A stretch of 64,000 nucleotides of DNA from an uncultured Actinomycetota bacterium (GCA_963782155.1 CAWAIZ010000001.1:31878-95877), one strand, 5' to 3'. Shown: positions 27,688-36,490, numbered from the stretch's first letter. Program-made: numbers and translations. Notes: a model not told the origin generated them from the sequence alone.

Positions 27688-29994
27688 ATGAACCTCACGA
27701 CTGCAGACCACCGCGCCACCCCATCGCGGGCCGACGAGGCCCGATGGCGGCAGGCCGCCGGCCTGCAGCTCCTGGGGCAGGTACAGGGCTCGGGGATGCG
27801 CGACCCGACGTACCTGGTCCGGCGCGCTGACGACCAAGTGGTCCAGCTCTCCGAGCTGCTCCACCTGGTCGTCGTCCACGCCGACCCGTCTCGTCCCGCC
27901 GCCGACGTCGCCACGGCCGTCAGTGAGAGGTACGGCCGGACGCTCACGACCGAGGGTCTCCACCACCTCGTCACGACCCGTCTCGAGCCGCTCGGCCTGC
28001 TGCTGGCGGGCGACGCGGAGGAACCGACCAGCCCGACGAAGGCCAGGCCCCTCCTGGCCCTGACTCTCAAGGCCACCCTTCTCACGGCGCACCGCACGCA
28101 CGTGGTGGCCGGCATGTTGCGACCGATGTTCTGGCCGCCAGTCGTCGTTGCTGCCCTGGTGGCCCTGGTCGTCGCCGATGTTGCCCTCGTCGTGGGAGGT
28201 GACTTCTGGCAAGCCCTGACCCAGGTACTCGCCACTCCGACGACGGCCCTGCTCATCTACGGCCTGCTCGTCGCGTCAGCCGTGGTCCACGAGCTCGGCC
28301 ACGCGGGCGCCTGCCGCTACGGGGGCGCCCATCCAGGAGAGATCGGCGTCGGTGTCTACATCGTCTTCCCGGCTTTCTACACCGACGTCACCGACTCCTA
28401 CCGACTCGGGCGCGCGGGCCGGGTGCGCACCGATCTCGGCGGCCTCTACTTCAACGTGCTGACCGTCTTGGCGTTCGCACTCCTGTACGTCGCCACCGGG
28501 AGCGGTCTGTGGCTGCTGACCGCGCTGGGGCTGCAGCTGCAAATGCTGCAGCAGCTCATCCCGGTCGTGCGGTTCGACGGCTACTACATCCTCTCGGACC
28601 TGGCCGGTGTACCCGACCTGTTCGCCAGGGTCGGACCGGTGCTGCGCTCCCTCCGGCCGGGGCAACCTCCCGATCCGCGCGTCACCGAGCTGAGGCCCCA
28701 GGCACGCCGGTTCGTGACCGGCTGGGTGCTGGTCGTCGTGCCGCTGCTGACGGCTGCGCTGGTGTGGACCATCTGGCACCTGCCGGACCTCGTCGCCGCC
28801 GGCCGGGAAGGCATCCGGCTGCAACAGCTGGTCTTCGACGTGGCCTGGGAGCGCCGCGACTGGGCGGCCATGGCCCTGGCCGTCGTGTCGATCGCACTGA
28901 TCCTGGTCCCGCTGGCGGGGATGACGGTCGTGCTGTGGCGAACCACCGACACCCTCGTCACGCTCGTGCGCGGGCAGGCCGCGGCCAAGGCCCGCGGGAA
29001 GGAGCACAGCATGAGTACCGAGCTCACGGACACCCAGCGGCTCGCGGCCGTGCCACCGGCCGTCCTGTCCGCGGCGGACTTCACCGACGCGATCATGTAC
29101 GCCGCGCCGGTTCCGACACCCCACAGGGGCTGGCGTCGCGCTGTCTACGAGAGCAGCGCCCACGTGGTCAACCCGGGTCCGAGCGCGGCCGAGCAGCAGC
29201 GCGCGGAGCTCGAGCGACGGTTGCGCACCCCGATCTCGGGATCGCGTCGCGTCGTGGTGATGAGCCGCAAGGGCGGCGTCGGCAAGACCACCATCTCGCT
29301 GGCGCTGGGCAGCACCTTCGCAATGCTCCGCGGCGACCGTGTCATCGCCGTCGACGCGAACCCCGATGCGGGCAACCTCGCCCACCGGGTGGCACCTCCG
29401 CACGGCCGGAACATCACCGACGTGCTGCGCGACCTGGACCAGATCACCAGCTATGCCGCGCTGCGTTCCTACACCTCGCAGGCGGCCGAGTCCCGACTGG
29501 AGGTACTCGGTTCCGACGACGACCCGGGCATCGGGATGGCGCTGGACCGGGAGGACTACCACCGGCTGGTCGTGCTGCTCGACCGCTTCTACAACCTGAT
29601 CGTGCTCGACACGGGCACCGGGATCCTCGACAGCGCCAACCAGGGCCTGCTCACCGAGGCGGACCAGGTCGTGCTCGTGGTTCGCTCGGGCCTGGACGGT
29701 GGCCGGGCGGGCGCCCTGACCCTGGACTGGATGGACGCCCATGGGTTCGACGACCTCGTCGCCCGTGCGGTCGTCGTCGTCAACGCCCAGCGCCGCGGTG
29801 CCGCGCCGCCGGACCTGATGCGACGTCACTTCGAGAAGCGGTGCCGACACGTGGTGACCGTCCCGTGGGACGACGCCCTCGAGCAAGGAGCCCTGACCGA
29901 CATGTCCTCCCTCCGCCGAGCGACCCGGGACAGCCTCGTGGACGTCGCCGCAGCCGTCGCGGACAACTTCGTCCAGATGGGCGACCCGTCATGA
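27688..29994 (+). CDS. RRE/PqqD-like + M50 (site-2) zinc metalloprotease + MinD/ParA-family ATPase fusion (768 aa)
   Basis: N-terminal YLVRRADDQVVQLSELLHLVV...VATAVS; HELGH and PVVRFDGY M50 motifs; SRKGGVGKTT deviant Walker A, VDANPDAGNL, IVLDTGTG. Confidence 0.85.
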   Translation: MNLTTADHRATPSRADEARWRQAAGLQLLGQVQGSGMRDPTYLVRRADDQVVQLSELLHLVVVHADPSRPAADVATAVSERYGRTLTTEGLHHLVTTRLEPLGLLLAGDAEEPTSPTKARPLLALTLKATLLTAHRTHVVAGMLRPMFWPPVVVAALVALVVADVALVVGGDFWQALTQVLATPTTALLIYGLLVASAVVHELGHAGACRYGGAHPGEIGVGVYIVFPAFYTDVTDSYRLGRAGRVRTDLGGLYFNVLTVLAFALLYVATGSGLWLLTALGLQLQMLQQLIPVVRFDGYYILSDLAGVPDLFARVGPVLRSLRPGQPPDPRVTELRPQARRFVTGWVLVVVPLLTAALVWTIWHLPDLVAAGREGIRLQQLVFDVAWERRDWAAMALAVVSIALILVPLAGMTVVLWRTTDTLVTLVRGQAAAKARGKEHSMSTELTDTQRLAAVPPAVLSAADFTDAIMYAAPVPTPHRGWRRAVYESSAHVVNPGPSAAEQQRAELERRLRTPISGSRRVVVMSRKGGVGKTTISLALGSTFAMLRGDRVIAVDANPDAGNLAHRVAPPHGRNITDVLRDLDQITSYAALRSYTSQAAESRLEVLGSDDDPGIGMALDREDYHRLVVLLDRFYNLIVLDTGTGILDSANQGLLTEADQVVLVVRSGLDGGRAGALTLDWMDAHGFDDLVARAVVVVNAQRRGAAPPDLMRRHFEKRCRHVVTVPWDDALEQGALTDMSSLRRATRDSLVDVAAAVADNFVQMGDPS

Positions 29995-30794
29995 GGGTGC
30001 GTTCCGCCGCGCCGTGCGTCGTCATCGCCGCAGTCCTGCTCGTCGCCGGCATGGACTACGCCTCACCCGGCGCCTACCCGGACCCCGACCCGCGCAACCT
30101 CGACCTCTTGGCGAGTGCCCAGCCGACAACGGCCCAGATGGTCGTCAGCGATGCCGCCTTCGACGAGCTCAAGGTCCGCGACTGGAACGTCAAGGCCGAC
30201 GTCGCGGCGACCACGTCTGCCACCTGCGACGGCTGCGTCGGGGAGAGCACCGCGCTCCAGATCGTCTATGCGTCGCGCGCGAAGCAGGCTCGGTTCGACA
30301 ACTCCGCGGTCGCGTGGACGCAGGCCTGCCAGGGTTGCACCGGTGCGGCGCTCTCCGTCCAGGTGGTCGTGCTGCCCGGCGGGTCCGAGGCGCTTCCAAA
30401 CAACCGGGCCATCGCGGTGACGGCTGCGTGCACCGGCTGCCGGGTTGCTTCGGCGGCCTTCCAGGTCGTCGTGGTCGCCGACCGTACCCGCCGCCTCTCG
30501 CGCGAGTCGCTGGCCGAGCTGAGGAGCTGGTTCGACGAGCAGGCTGCTGCGCTTCGCGCCACGGTGGCGCTCCCGAGGCCCGAGCCGTCGCCCGGTCCCG
30601 ACCCGTCTCCTCACCCGACCGCGCCCACCGACGGCACCAGCGCGCCCATCGGACCCACCGACCCGCAGCGCCGTCCCTATGTCGGACGCCAGGCCAAGCG
30701 CGTCTCGACCGAGGCGCTGGCCGAGCTCGAGGGCCTCGTGACGTCCGGCCTCGACGCCGAGGCGATCCTCGCCGATGTGGACCTCGGCCAGTGA
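29991..30794 (+). CDS. Secreted/membrane-tethered protein with three 34-aa CxxC repeats homologous to the peptide cores (267 aa)
   Basis: ATGA overlap; hydrophobic N-terminus; CDGC, CQGC and CTGC at residues 79, 113, 147; Pro-rich linker near the C-terminus. Confidence 0.8.
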   Translation: MRVRSAAPCVVIAAVLLVAGMDYASPGAYPDPDPRNLDLLASAQPTTAQMVVSDAAFDELKVRDWNVKADVAATTSATCDGCVGESTALQIVYASRAKQARFDNSAVAWTQACQGCTGAALSVQVVVLPGGSEALPNNRAIAVTAACTGCRVASAAFQVVVVADRTRRLSRESLAELRSWFDEQAAALRATVALPRPEPSPGPDPSPHPTAPTDGTSAPIGPTDPQRRPYVGRQAKRVSTEALAELEGLVTSGLDAEAILADVDLGQ

Positions 30795-30812
30795 CCCCAG
30801 ACCGACCCCAAC

Positions 30813-31553
30813 TCACCGCCAGCGCGGCGTCCGCGACAGCAGGGCGGCCACGGCGGCCACCCCCGCAGTCGACGTGCGCAGCACCTCCGAGCCGAGGCGT
30901 ACGGCGTGCGCGCCGGCGCGCTCGAAGGTCGCGACTTCCTGCTCGTTGAGGCCACCCTCGGGCCCGACCACCACCACGATCGTTCCTGCGCCGTGCACGT
31001 CCAGGGACGCGAGCGGGACGGTCGCCTCCTCGTGCAGCACCACGGCCAGGTCGGCGGCGTCGACGAGCGCGGTGATGTCCGCGGTCGTCGCCGGCTCGCC
31101 GACCTCGGCGAACCACGACCGGCGGGCCTGCTTCGAGGCCTCCCGAGCCGTCGCCCGCCAGCGGGCCAGCGACTTCTGGGCCCGTTCGCCCTTCCAGACC
31201 GCGACCGACCGCGACGCGGCCCACGGCACCACGAGCGAGACGCCGACCTCGGTCAGCATCTCCACGGCGAGCTCGCCGCGGTCCCCCTTGGGGATCGCCT
31301 GCACGACCGTGACCGACGGGGCCGGTCTGGCAGAGGTGTCGACCGACGCGACGGTCACCGCGAACGCCCTCTTGCCCGTCGATGCGACCGGACCCGCCAC
31401 CGACCGGCCGCGGCCGTCGGTCAGCACGACGGACTCGCCGGCCCGCAGGCGACGTACGGCGACGGCGTGATGGGCCTCGTCGCCTCCCACCTCTACCACC
31501 GAGCCCACCGCCGCGTCGTCGAGCGACGCGACCCAGTGGACCGGGAGCGACAT
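30813..31553 (-). CDS. rsmE: 16S rRNA m3U1498 methyltransferase RsmE
   Basis: HHAVAVRRL, QAIPKGDRGELAVEMLTEVGV, VVVGPEGG, LGSEVLRTSTAG. Confidence 0.96.
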   Translation of the reverse strand: MSLPVHWVASLDDAAVGSVVEVGGDEAHHAVAVRRLRAGESVVLTDGRGRSVAGPVASTGKRAFAVTVASVDTSARPAPSVTVVQAIPKGDRGELAVEMLTEVGVSLVVPWAASRSVAVWKGERAQKSLARWRATAREASKQARRSWFAEVGEPATTADITALVDAADLAVVLHEEATVPLASLDVHGAGTIVVVVGPEGGLNEQEVATFERAGAHAVRLGSEVLRTSTAGVAAVAALLSRTPRWR

Positions 31554-31561
31554 GGACCGGC

Positions 31562-32752
31562 TCAGAGCCCGTTGAACGCGTTGCGCAGGCGACCGAACAT
31601 CCCGCGCGTCTCAGCGCGCACGTGTCCGGTCGGCTTCTCCTCGTTGCGGATCGCCGCCAGCTCGCGGAGCAGCTCCTCCTGGCGCGGGTCGAGCTTGGTC
31701 GGCGTCTCGACGAGCACCGTCACCACCAGGTCCCCGCGGCCGGCGCGGAGCCCCGGGACACCGCGCCCGCGCATGGTCTGGGTCGATCCGGACTGGCTGC
31801 CCGGACGGATCTCGAGCTCGAAGGACGTCTCCACAGCGGACTCCGTCTCGCCCTCACCCTCGGCAAGGTCGGCCTCGAGGGTGGGCAGGGTCAGCGTCGT
31901 ACCGAGCGCCGCCGCCGTCATGGGTACGGCGACCGTCGTGTGCAGGTCGGTGCCCTCGCGGGTGAACGTCGGGTGCGGTGCGACGTGGATCTCGACGTAC
32001 AGGTCACCGGCGGGGCCGCCGCCCGGGCCCACCTCGCCCTGCTCGGCGAGCTGGACGCGGGTGCCGGTGTCGACGCCGGCGGGGATCTTGATCGTCAAGG
32101 TGCGTCGCGACCGGACCCGCCCGTCGCCGGAGCACTCGCGGCACGGGTCCGGAATGACCGAGCCGTAGCCCCGGCAGGCCGCGCACGGCCGCAGCGTGCG
32201 GATCTCGCCGAGGAACGACCGTTGCACGTGGGCCACCTCGCCGACCCCATGGCACGTCTCGCACATGACCGGCTGCGACCCAGGCGCCGTCCCCTCGCCG
32301 TGGCAGGTCGTGCAGACCACGGCGGTGTCGACCTTCAGCTCCCGGGCGACACCGAACGCCGCCTCGGCGAGCTCGATCTCCAGCCGGATCAGGGCGTCCT
32401 GGCCGCGCCGGGTCCGCGGTCGAGGACCGCGCGCCGCTCCCCCGGGACCGCCGGCCGCAGTGCCGCCGAAGAAGGCGTCCATGATGTCGGTGAAGGAGAA
32501 CCCGGCTCCCTGGCCGAAGCCGGCGCCGCCCATGCCGCCGAAGACGTCACCGCCGCGGTCGTAGACCGCCCGCTTCTGCGGGTCGGACAGGATCTCGTAG
32601 GCCCGACTGATCTCCTTGAACCGCTCCTGGGTCTCCGGGTCGGGGTTCACATCGGGATGCAGCTGCCGCGCCAAGCGGCGGTAGGCCTTCTTGATCGCCT
32701 CGGGGTCCGCGTCGTGCGGGATACCGAGCAGCTCGTAGGGGTCGTGGCTCAA
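31562..32752 (-). CDS. dnaJ: Molecular chaperone DnaJ (DnaJ2 type)
   Basis: J domain with HPD; four CxxCxGxG zinc-finger repeats; G/F region. Confidence 0.97.
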   Translation of the reverse strand: MSHDPYELLGIPHDADPEAIKKAYRRLARQLHPDVNPDPETQERFKEISRAYEILSDPQKRAVYDRGGDVFGGMGGAGFGQGAGFSFTDIMDAFFGGTAAGGPGGAARGPRPRTRRGQDALIRLEIELAEAAFGVARELKVDTAVVCTTCHGEGTAPGSQPVMCETCHGVGEVAHVQRSFLGEIRTLRPCAACRGYGSVIPDPCRECSGDGRVRSRRTLTIKIPAGVDTGTRVQLAEQGEVGPGGGPAGDLYVEIHVAPHPTFTREGTDLHTTVAVPMTAAALGTTLTLPTLEADLAEGEGETESAVETSFELEIRPGSQSGSTQTMRGRGVPGLRAGRGDLVVTVLVETPTKLDPRQEELLRELAAIRNEEKPTGHVRAETRGMFGRLRNAFNGL

Positions 32753-32773
32753 CGGTCGTCCTTCGTGTTCAAC

Positions 32774-33778
32774 TCACGCCTCGTCGAGGATGCGTGAGAC
32801 GTAGCGGGCGACGGCGCGCACGGCGACCATCGTCCCCGGATAGTCCATGCGGGTCGGCCCCACGATGCCCAGGCTGGCCATCGCCTCGTCTCCCGGGCCG
32901 TAGCCGGTCGACACCACGCTCGTCGAGGACAGCTCCTCATAGGGGCCCTCGTGGCCGATGCGCACCAGCACGCCGCCGGAGTGTGCCTCCCCGAGCAGCT
33001 TGAGCAGCACCACGTGCTCCTCGAGGGCCTCGAGCAGGGGGCGTACGTCGAGGTCGAACGAGTCGCCGTACCTCGCGAGGTTCGCGGCGCCACCCACCAC
33101 CACCCGCTCGTCGGAGCGGTGGTCGGACATCGCGTCCACCAAGGTCGCCACCAAGGACGCGGTGGGCGGATCGGCCTGCTCGAGCGCGCGCAGCGCCGTC
33201 AGCGCCTCCGCGATCGTCTGCCCGATCACCGCCCGGTGCACGGTGGACCGGATCGTGGCCAGGTCGTCCTCGGCCATGTCCTGCTCCAGCTCGACCAGGC
33301 GCTGCTCGACCCGGCCGGTCGAGAGGATGAGCACGACCAGCACGCGGGTCGGGACCAGGGCCACCAGCTCGACGTGGCGGACGGTCGAGCGGGAAAGGGT
33401 GGGGTACTGCACGACGGCGACCTGGTGGGTCAGCTGTGAGAGCAGCCGCACCGAGCGGTGCACCACGTCGTCCAGGTCCACCGCACCGTCGAGGAACGAC
33501 GCGATCGCCCTCTTCTCGGCAACGCTCATCGGCTTGAGGGTCGTCAGGCGGTCCACGAACAGGCGGTAGCCCTTGTCGGTGGGGATCCGCCCGGCGCTGG
33601 TGTGGGGCTGGGTGATGAACCCCTCCTCCTCCAGGGCCGCCATGTCGTTGCGCACCGTGGCCGGCGAGACGCCGAGGGAGTGCCGCTCGACCAGCGCCTT
33701 GGAGCCGACCGGCTCCTGGGTGGCGACGTAGTCCTCGACGATCGCCCGGAGGACGGCGAGCTTGCGGTCGTCCTGCAC
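32774..33778 (-). CDS. hrcA: Heat-inducible transcription repressor HrcA
   Basis: [58 protein letters not shown]. Confidence 0.97.
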   Translation of the reverse strand: MQDDRKLAVLRAIVEDYVATQEPVGSKALVERHSLGVSPATVRNDMAALEEEGFITQPHTSAGRIPTDKGYRLFVDRLTTLKPMSVAEKRAIASFLDGAVDLDDVVHRSVRLLSQLTHQVAVVQYPTLSRSTVRHVELVALVPTRVLVVLILSTGRVEQRLVELEQDMAEDDLATIRSTVHRAVIGQTIAEALTALRALEQADPPTASLVATLVDAMSDHRSDERVVVGGAANLARYGDSFDLDVRPLLEALEEHVVLLKLLGEAHSGGVLVRIGHEGPYEELSSTSVVSTGYGPGDEAMASLGIVGPTRMDYPGTMVAVRAVARYVSRILDEA

Positions 33779-33805
33779 GGCTCACCCTCCTCGCTGCGGT
33801 CGTCT

Positions 33806-33832
33806 CTGGCACTCGTCGGTTGTGAGTGCCAA
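33806..33832 (-). promoter_or_regulatory. CIRCE operator upstream of hrcA
   Basis: Minus strand TTGGCACTC-N9-GAGTGCCAG vs consensus TTAGCACTC-N9-GAGTGCTAA; directly downstream of a TAGGCT -10 box. Confidence 0.92.
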
Positions 33833-33852
33833 GCCTACTAGGCTCGGCCGAC

Positions 33853-34695
33853 GTGACCGGGTTCGAGGAAGTGGCCGACCGGGTGTGGGTCGCCCGCTAC
33901 CCGTGGCTGGACGTCAACGTCTCGGTCGTGGCGGGCGGGGCCGGGCTCCTGGTCCTCGACACGCAAGCCTCCGCCGAGCTGGCCCGTGAGGTGGTCGCCG
34001 ACCTGCGTCGGGTGAGCAGCCTGCCCGTGTTGTTCGCCGTCAACAGCCACGAGCACTGGGACCACACCTTCGGCAACGGGGTGCTGCAGGCCGAGGGCGC
34101 CGAGCTGATCTGCCACGAGACCGCCGCGGAGACGATGCCCGGGCACGCCGCCGACGTACGCGCCGCGGCCGCGCAGGAGGACGACCCGCGGTATGCAGCC
34201 ACCGCCGCCACCGCCATCGTCGTCCCCGAACGCACCTTCTCCTCCGCCATCTCCCTCGACCTCGGCGACAGGCACGTCGACCTGGTGCACCCCGGCCGCG
34301 GCCACACCGCCGGCGACCTCGTCGTCCGCGTGCCGGACGCCGACGTGGTGCTGGCCGGAGACCTGGTGGAGGAGGGCAGCCCGCCCGGCTTCGGCGAGGA
34401 CTGCTTCCCCATGGAGTGGCCGCTCTCCCTGGACACCGTGCTGAGCCTGAGCACGAGGGCCACCGTCGTCGTCCCGGGCCACGGTGCCGTCGTCGACCGC
34501 GAGTACGTCGAGCAGCAGCGCAACGACATCGGCATCGTCGCCGAGACGATCCGCGACCTCGCCACCCGCGGCGTACCCGTCGACGACGCCCTGGCCGACG
34601 CCGAGTGGCCCTTCCCGCGGGAGGCACTGGCCCGCGCCGTCCGCCGGGGGTACGAGCACCTGCCGAGCAGCCAGAAGCGCCTCCCCCTCGTCTGA
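33853..34695 (+). CDS. MBL-fold metallo-hydrolase
   Basis: NSHEHWDHTFGN, GHTAGD, AGDLVE, VPGHG. Confidence 0.92.
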   Translation: MTGFEEVADRVWVARYPWLDVNVSVVAGGAGLLVLDTQASAELAREVVADLRRVSSLPVLFAVNSHEHWDHTFGNGVLQAEGAELICHETAAETMPGHAADVRAAAAQEDDPRYAATAATAIVVPERTFSSAISLDLGDRHVDLVHPGRGHTAGDLVVRVPDADVVLAGDLVEEGSPPGFGEDCFPMEWPLSLDTVLSLSTRATVVVPGHGAVVDREYVEQQRNDIGIVAETIRDLATRGVPVDDALADAEWPFPREALARAVRRGYEHLPSSQKRLPLV

Positions 34696-34704
34696 GACCG
34701 GGGC

Positions 34705-34736
34705 GCAGTGACACCCGGTCGACCGGGTATCACTGC
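34705..34736. repeat. 32-nt near-perfect palindrome (terminator or REP-like)
   Basis: GCAGTGACACCCGGTC|GACCGGGTATCACTGC, one mismatched pair. Confidence 0.7.
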
Positions 34737-34836
34737 GGTTAGTGGGGGTTGCAACCGGCACAAAGCGGCAGGAACGACACCGAAGTTCGACCCGAGGGGT
34801 GTTGCCGGGGCCCTCCCAGCGCTGTAGACCCGAGAC

Positions 34837-35058
34837 ATGAGCGAGACGCCCGACAGCGAGTACGCCGACGTGTCCGTGCCCGACGAGAAGCTCCCCGAGG
34901 ACCTCCAGCCGGGTGACGAGAACCCCCTCGCCGAGGCCACCGACGACCCCGACGCCGAGCGTCAGGACATGGGCGACCCGCACATCGACGGCCTCGATCG
35001 GGACGAGGACGACCAGCCCGTCGCCCCCGACTCAGAGGACGACGACGGCGCGTCCTGA
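34837..35058 (+). CDS. Small highly acidic hypothetical protein (73 aa)
   Basis: GC-biased codons; TAGACC 6 nt before ATG; D/E-rich. Confidence 0.65.
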   Translation: MSETPDSEYADVSVPDEKLPEDLQPGDENPLAEATDDPDAERQDMGDPHIDGLDRDEDDQPVAPDSEDDDGAS

Positions 35059-35093
35059 CCGTCCCGGCACTCGTCGGCTCCTAGCGTTGACGG

Positions 35094-35939
35094 GTGCCTT
35101 CCCCCACGGACCGCTACGGGCAAGACGTCCTGGCCACCGACTGGCGCGCGCCGAAGAACGGTCGCGCCGTCCCGGCCATCGCCGAGCTCGGCGCCGTGGT
35201 CGAGGAGGTGATGACCGACTTCGTGGGCGAGATCGTCGCCGTCGACCGCGACCTCGACACGCTGACCCTGGAGGACCGGCGCGGCAAGCGGCGTACCTTC
35301 CCGCTCGGCCCCGGCTTCCTGCTCGAGGGCCGCCCGGTGATCCTCGGCGCTCCCGTCCGCCAAGGGCCGATGAAGGCGACGCGTACGGCGTCCGGGTCGG
35401 TGGCCGTGCACGGCGCGCACGCCCGCGTCGCCCGGGCCAGCCGGATCTTCGTCGAGGGGCGTCACGACGCCGAGCTGGTCGAGAAGGTGTGGGGCGACGA
35501 CCTCCGGGTGGAGGGCGTCGTGGTCGAGTACCTCGCCGGCGTCGACGACCTCGCCGGCCACCTCCGTGACTTCCGGCCCGGTCCCGAACGCCGCGTCGGC
35601 GTCCTGGTCGACCACCTGGTCGCGGGATCGAAGGAGAGCCGGATCGCCGAGGAGGTGCGCCGCTCATCACTGGGCCAGCACGTGCTCGTCGTGGGACACC
35701 CGTACGTCGACGTCTGGGCCGCCGTGAAACCCGAGCGCCTCGGTCTCGAGAGCTGGCCCGACGTGCCGCGCAGCGAGGAGTGGAAGAAGGGGGTCTGCCG
35801 CCGCCTCGGCTGGCCGCACGAGACCCAGGAGGACACCGCCCGCGCCTGGAAGCACATCCTCGGCCGGGTCTCCTCCTACGCCGACCTCGAGCCCGCCCTC
35901 CTCGGCCGGGTCGAGGAGCTCATCGACTTCGTGACCTGA
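35094..35939 (+). CDS. DUF3097 family protein
   Basis: DRYGQDVL, RTASGSVAV, ASRIFVEGRHDAELVEKVWGDDLR, LGRVEELIDFVT. Confidence 0.85.
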   Translation: MPSPTDRYGQDVLATDWRAPKNGRAVPAIAELGAVVEEVMTDFVGEIVAVDRDLDTLTLEDRRGKRRTFPLGPGFLLEGRPVILGAPVRQGPMKATRTASGSVAVHGAHARVARASRIFVEGRHDAELVEKVWGDDLRVEGVVVEYLAGVDDLAGHLRDFRPGPERRVGVLVDHLVAGSKESRIAEEVRRSSLGQHVLVVGHPYVDVWAAVKPERLGLESWPDVPRSEEWKKGVCRRLGWPHETQEDTARAWKHILGRVSSYADLEPALLGRVEELIDFVT

Positions 35940-35943
35940 ACTT

Positions 35944-35990
35944 TTCGCTGGTCGAGCCAGTGAGCGGTTCGAGACGGCTCGACCAACGAA
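35944..35990. terminator. Stem-loop / REP variant downstream of DUF3097 gene
   Basis: TTCGCTGGTCGAGCC ... GGCTCGACCAACGAA inverted repeat. Confidence 0.65.
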
Positions 35991-36091
35991 GGTCAGGGAC
36001 CTAGGTCAGGGGTACATCAGGGCCTTTACGGATCCCGCTGGAGCGTTCGCGCGTCTAACGTCGTGGGTAACCACTCACGAAGGAAGAAAGC

Positions 36092-36490
36092 ATGATGACC
36101 GAGACCCCCGCCTACTCCTACGCCCACCCGGAGCAGGTCAGCCAGACCGACCGCAACTGGGCGGCCGCCTCGCACTGGGGCACGCTCGTCGCCGCCTGGC
36201 TCGCGATGGGCTTCCTGGCCCCGCTGGCCATCATGTTCACGGTCGGCCAGCAGTCGGCATTCGTCCGCAGGCACGCGGTCGAGTCCCTGAACTTCCAGAT
36301 CTCGATGCTGATCTACGGCGCGGCCGCGATCCTCTTCTCGATCGTCACGATCGGCCTCGGACTCCTCGTGGTCATCCCCGTCGGCCTGGTCTTCCTCGTC
36401 GCGGCGCTGGTCTTCCTGATCCAGGGCTCGATCAAGGCCGTCAACGGCGAGGAGTACCGCTACCCGCTGACCCTGCGCTTCGTCAGCTGA
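36092..36490 (+). CDS. DUF4870 domain membrane protein
   Basis: WAAASHW, FVRRHAVESLNFQI, GEEYRYPLTLRFV. Confidence 0.88.
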   Translation: MMTETPAYSYAHPEQVSQTDRNWAAASHWGTLVAAWLAMGFLAPLAIMFTVGQQSAFVRRHAVESLNFQISMLIYGAAAILFSIVTIGLGLLVVIPVGLVFLVAALVFLIQGSIKAVNGEEYRYPLTLRFVS

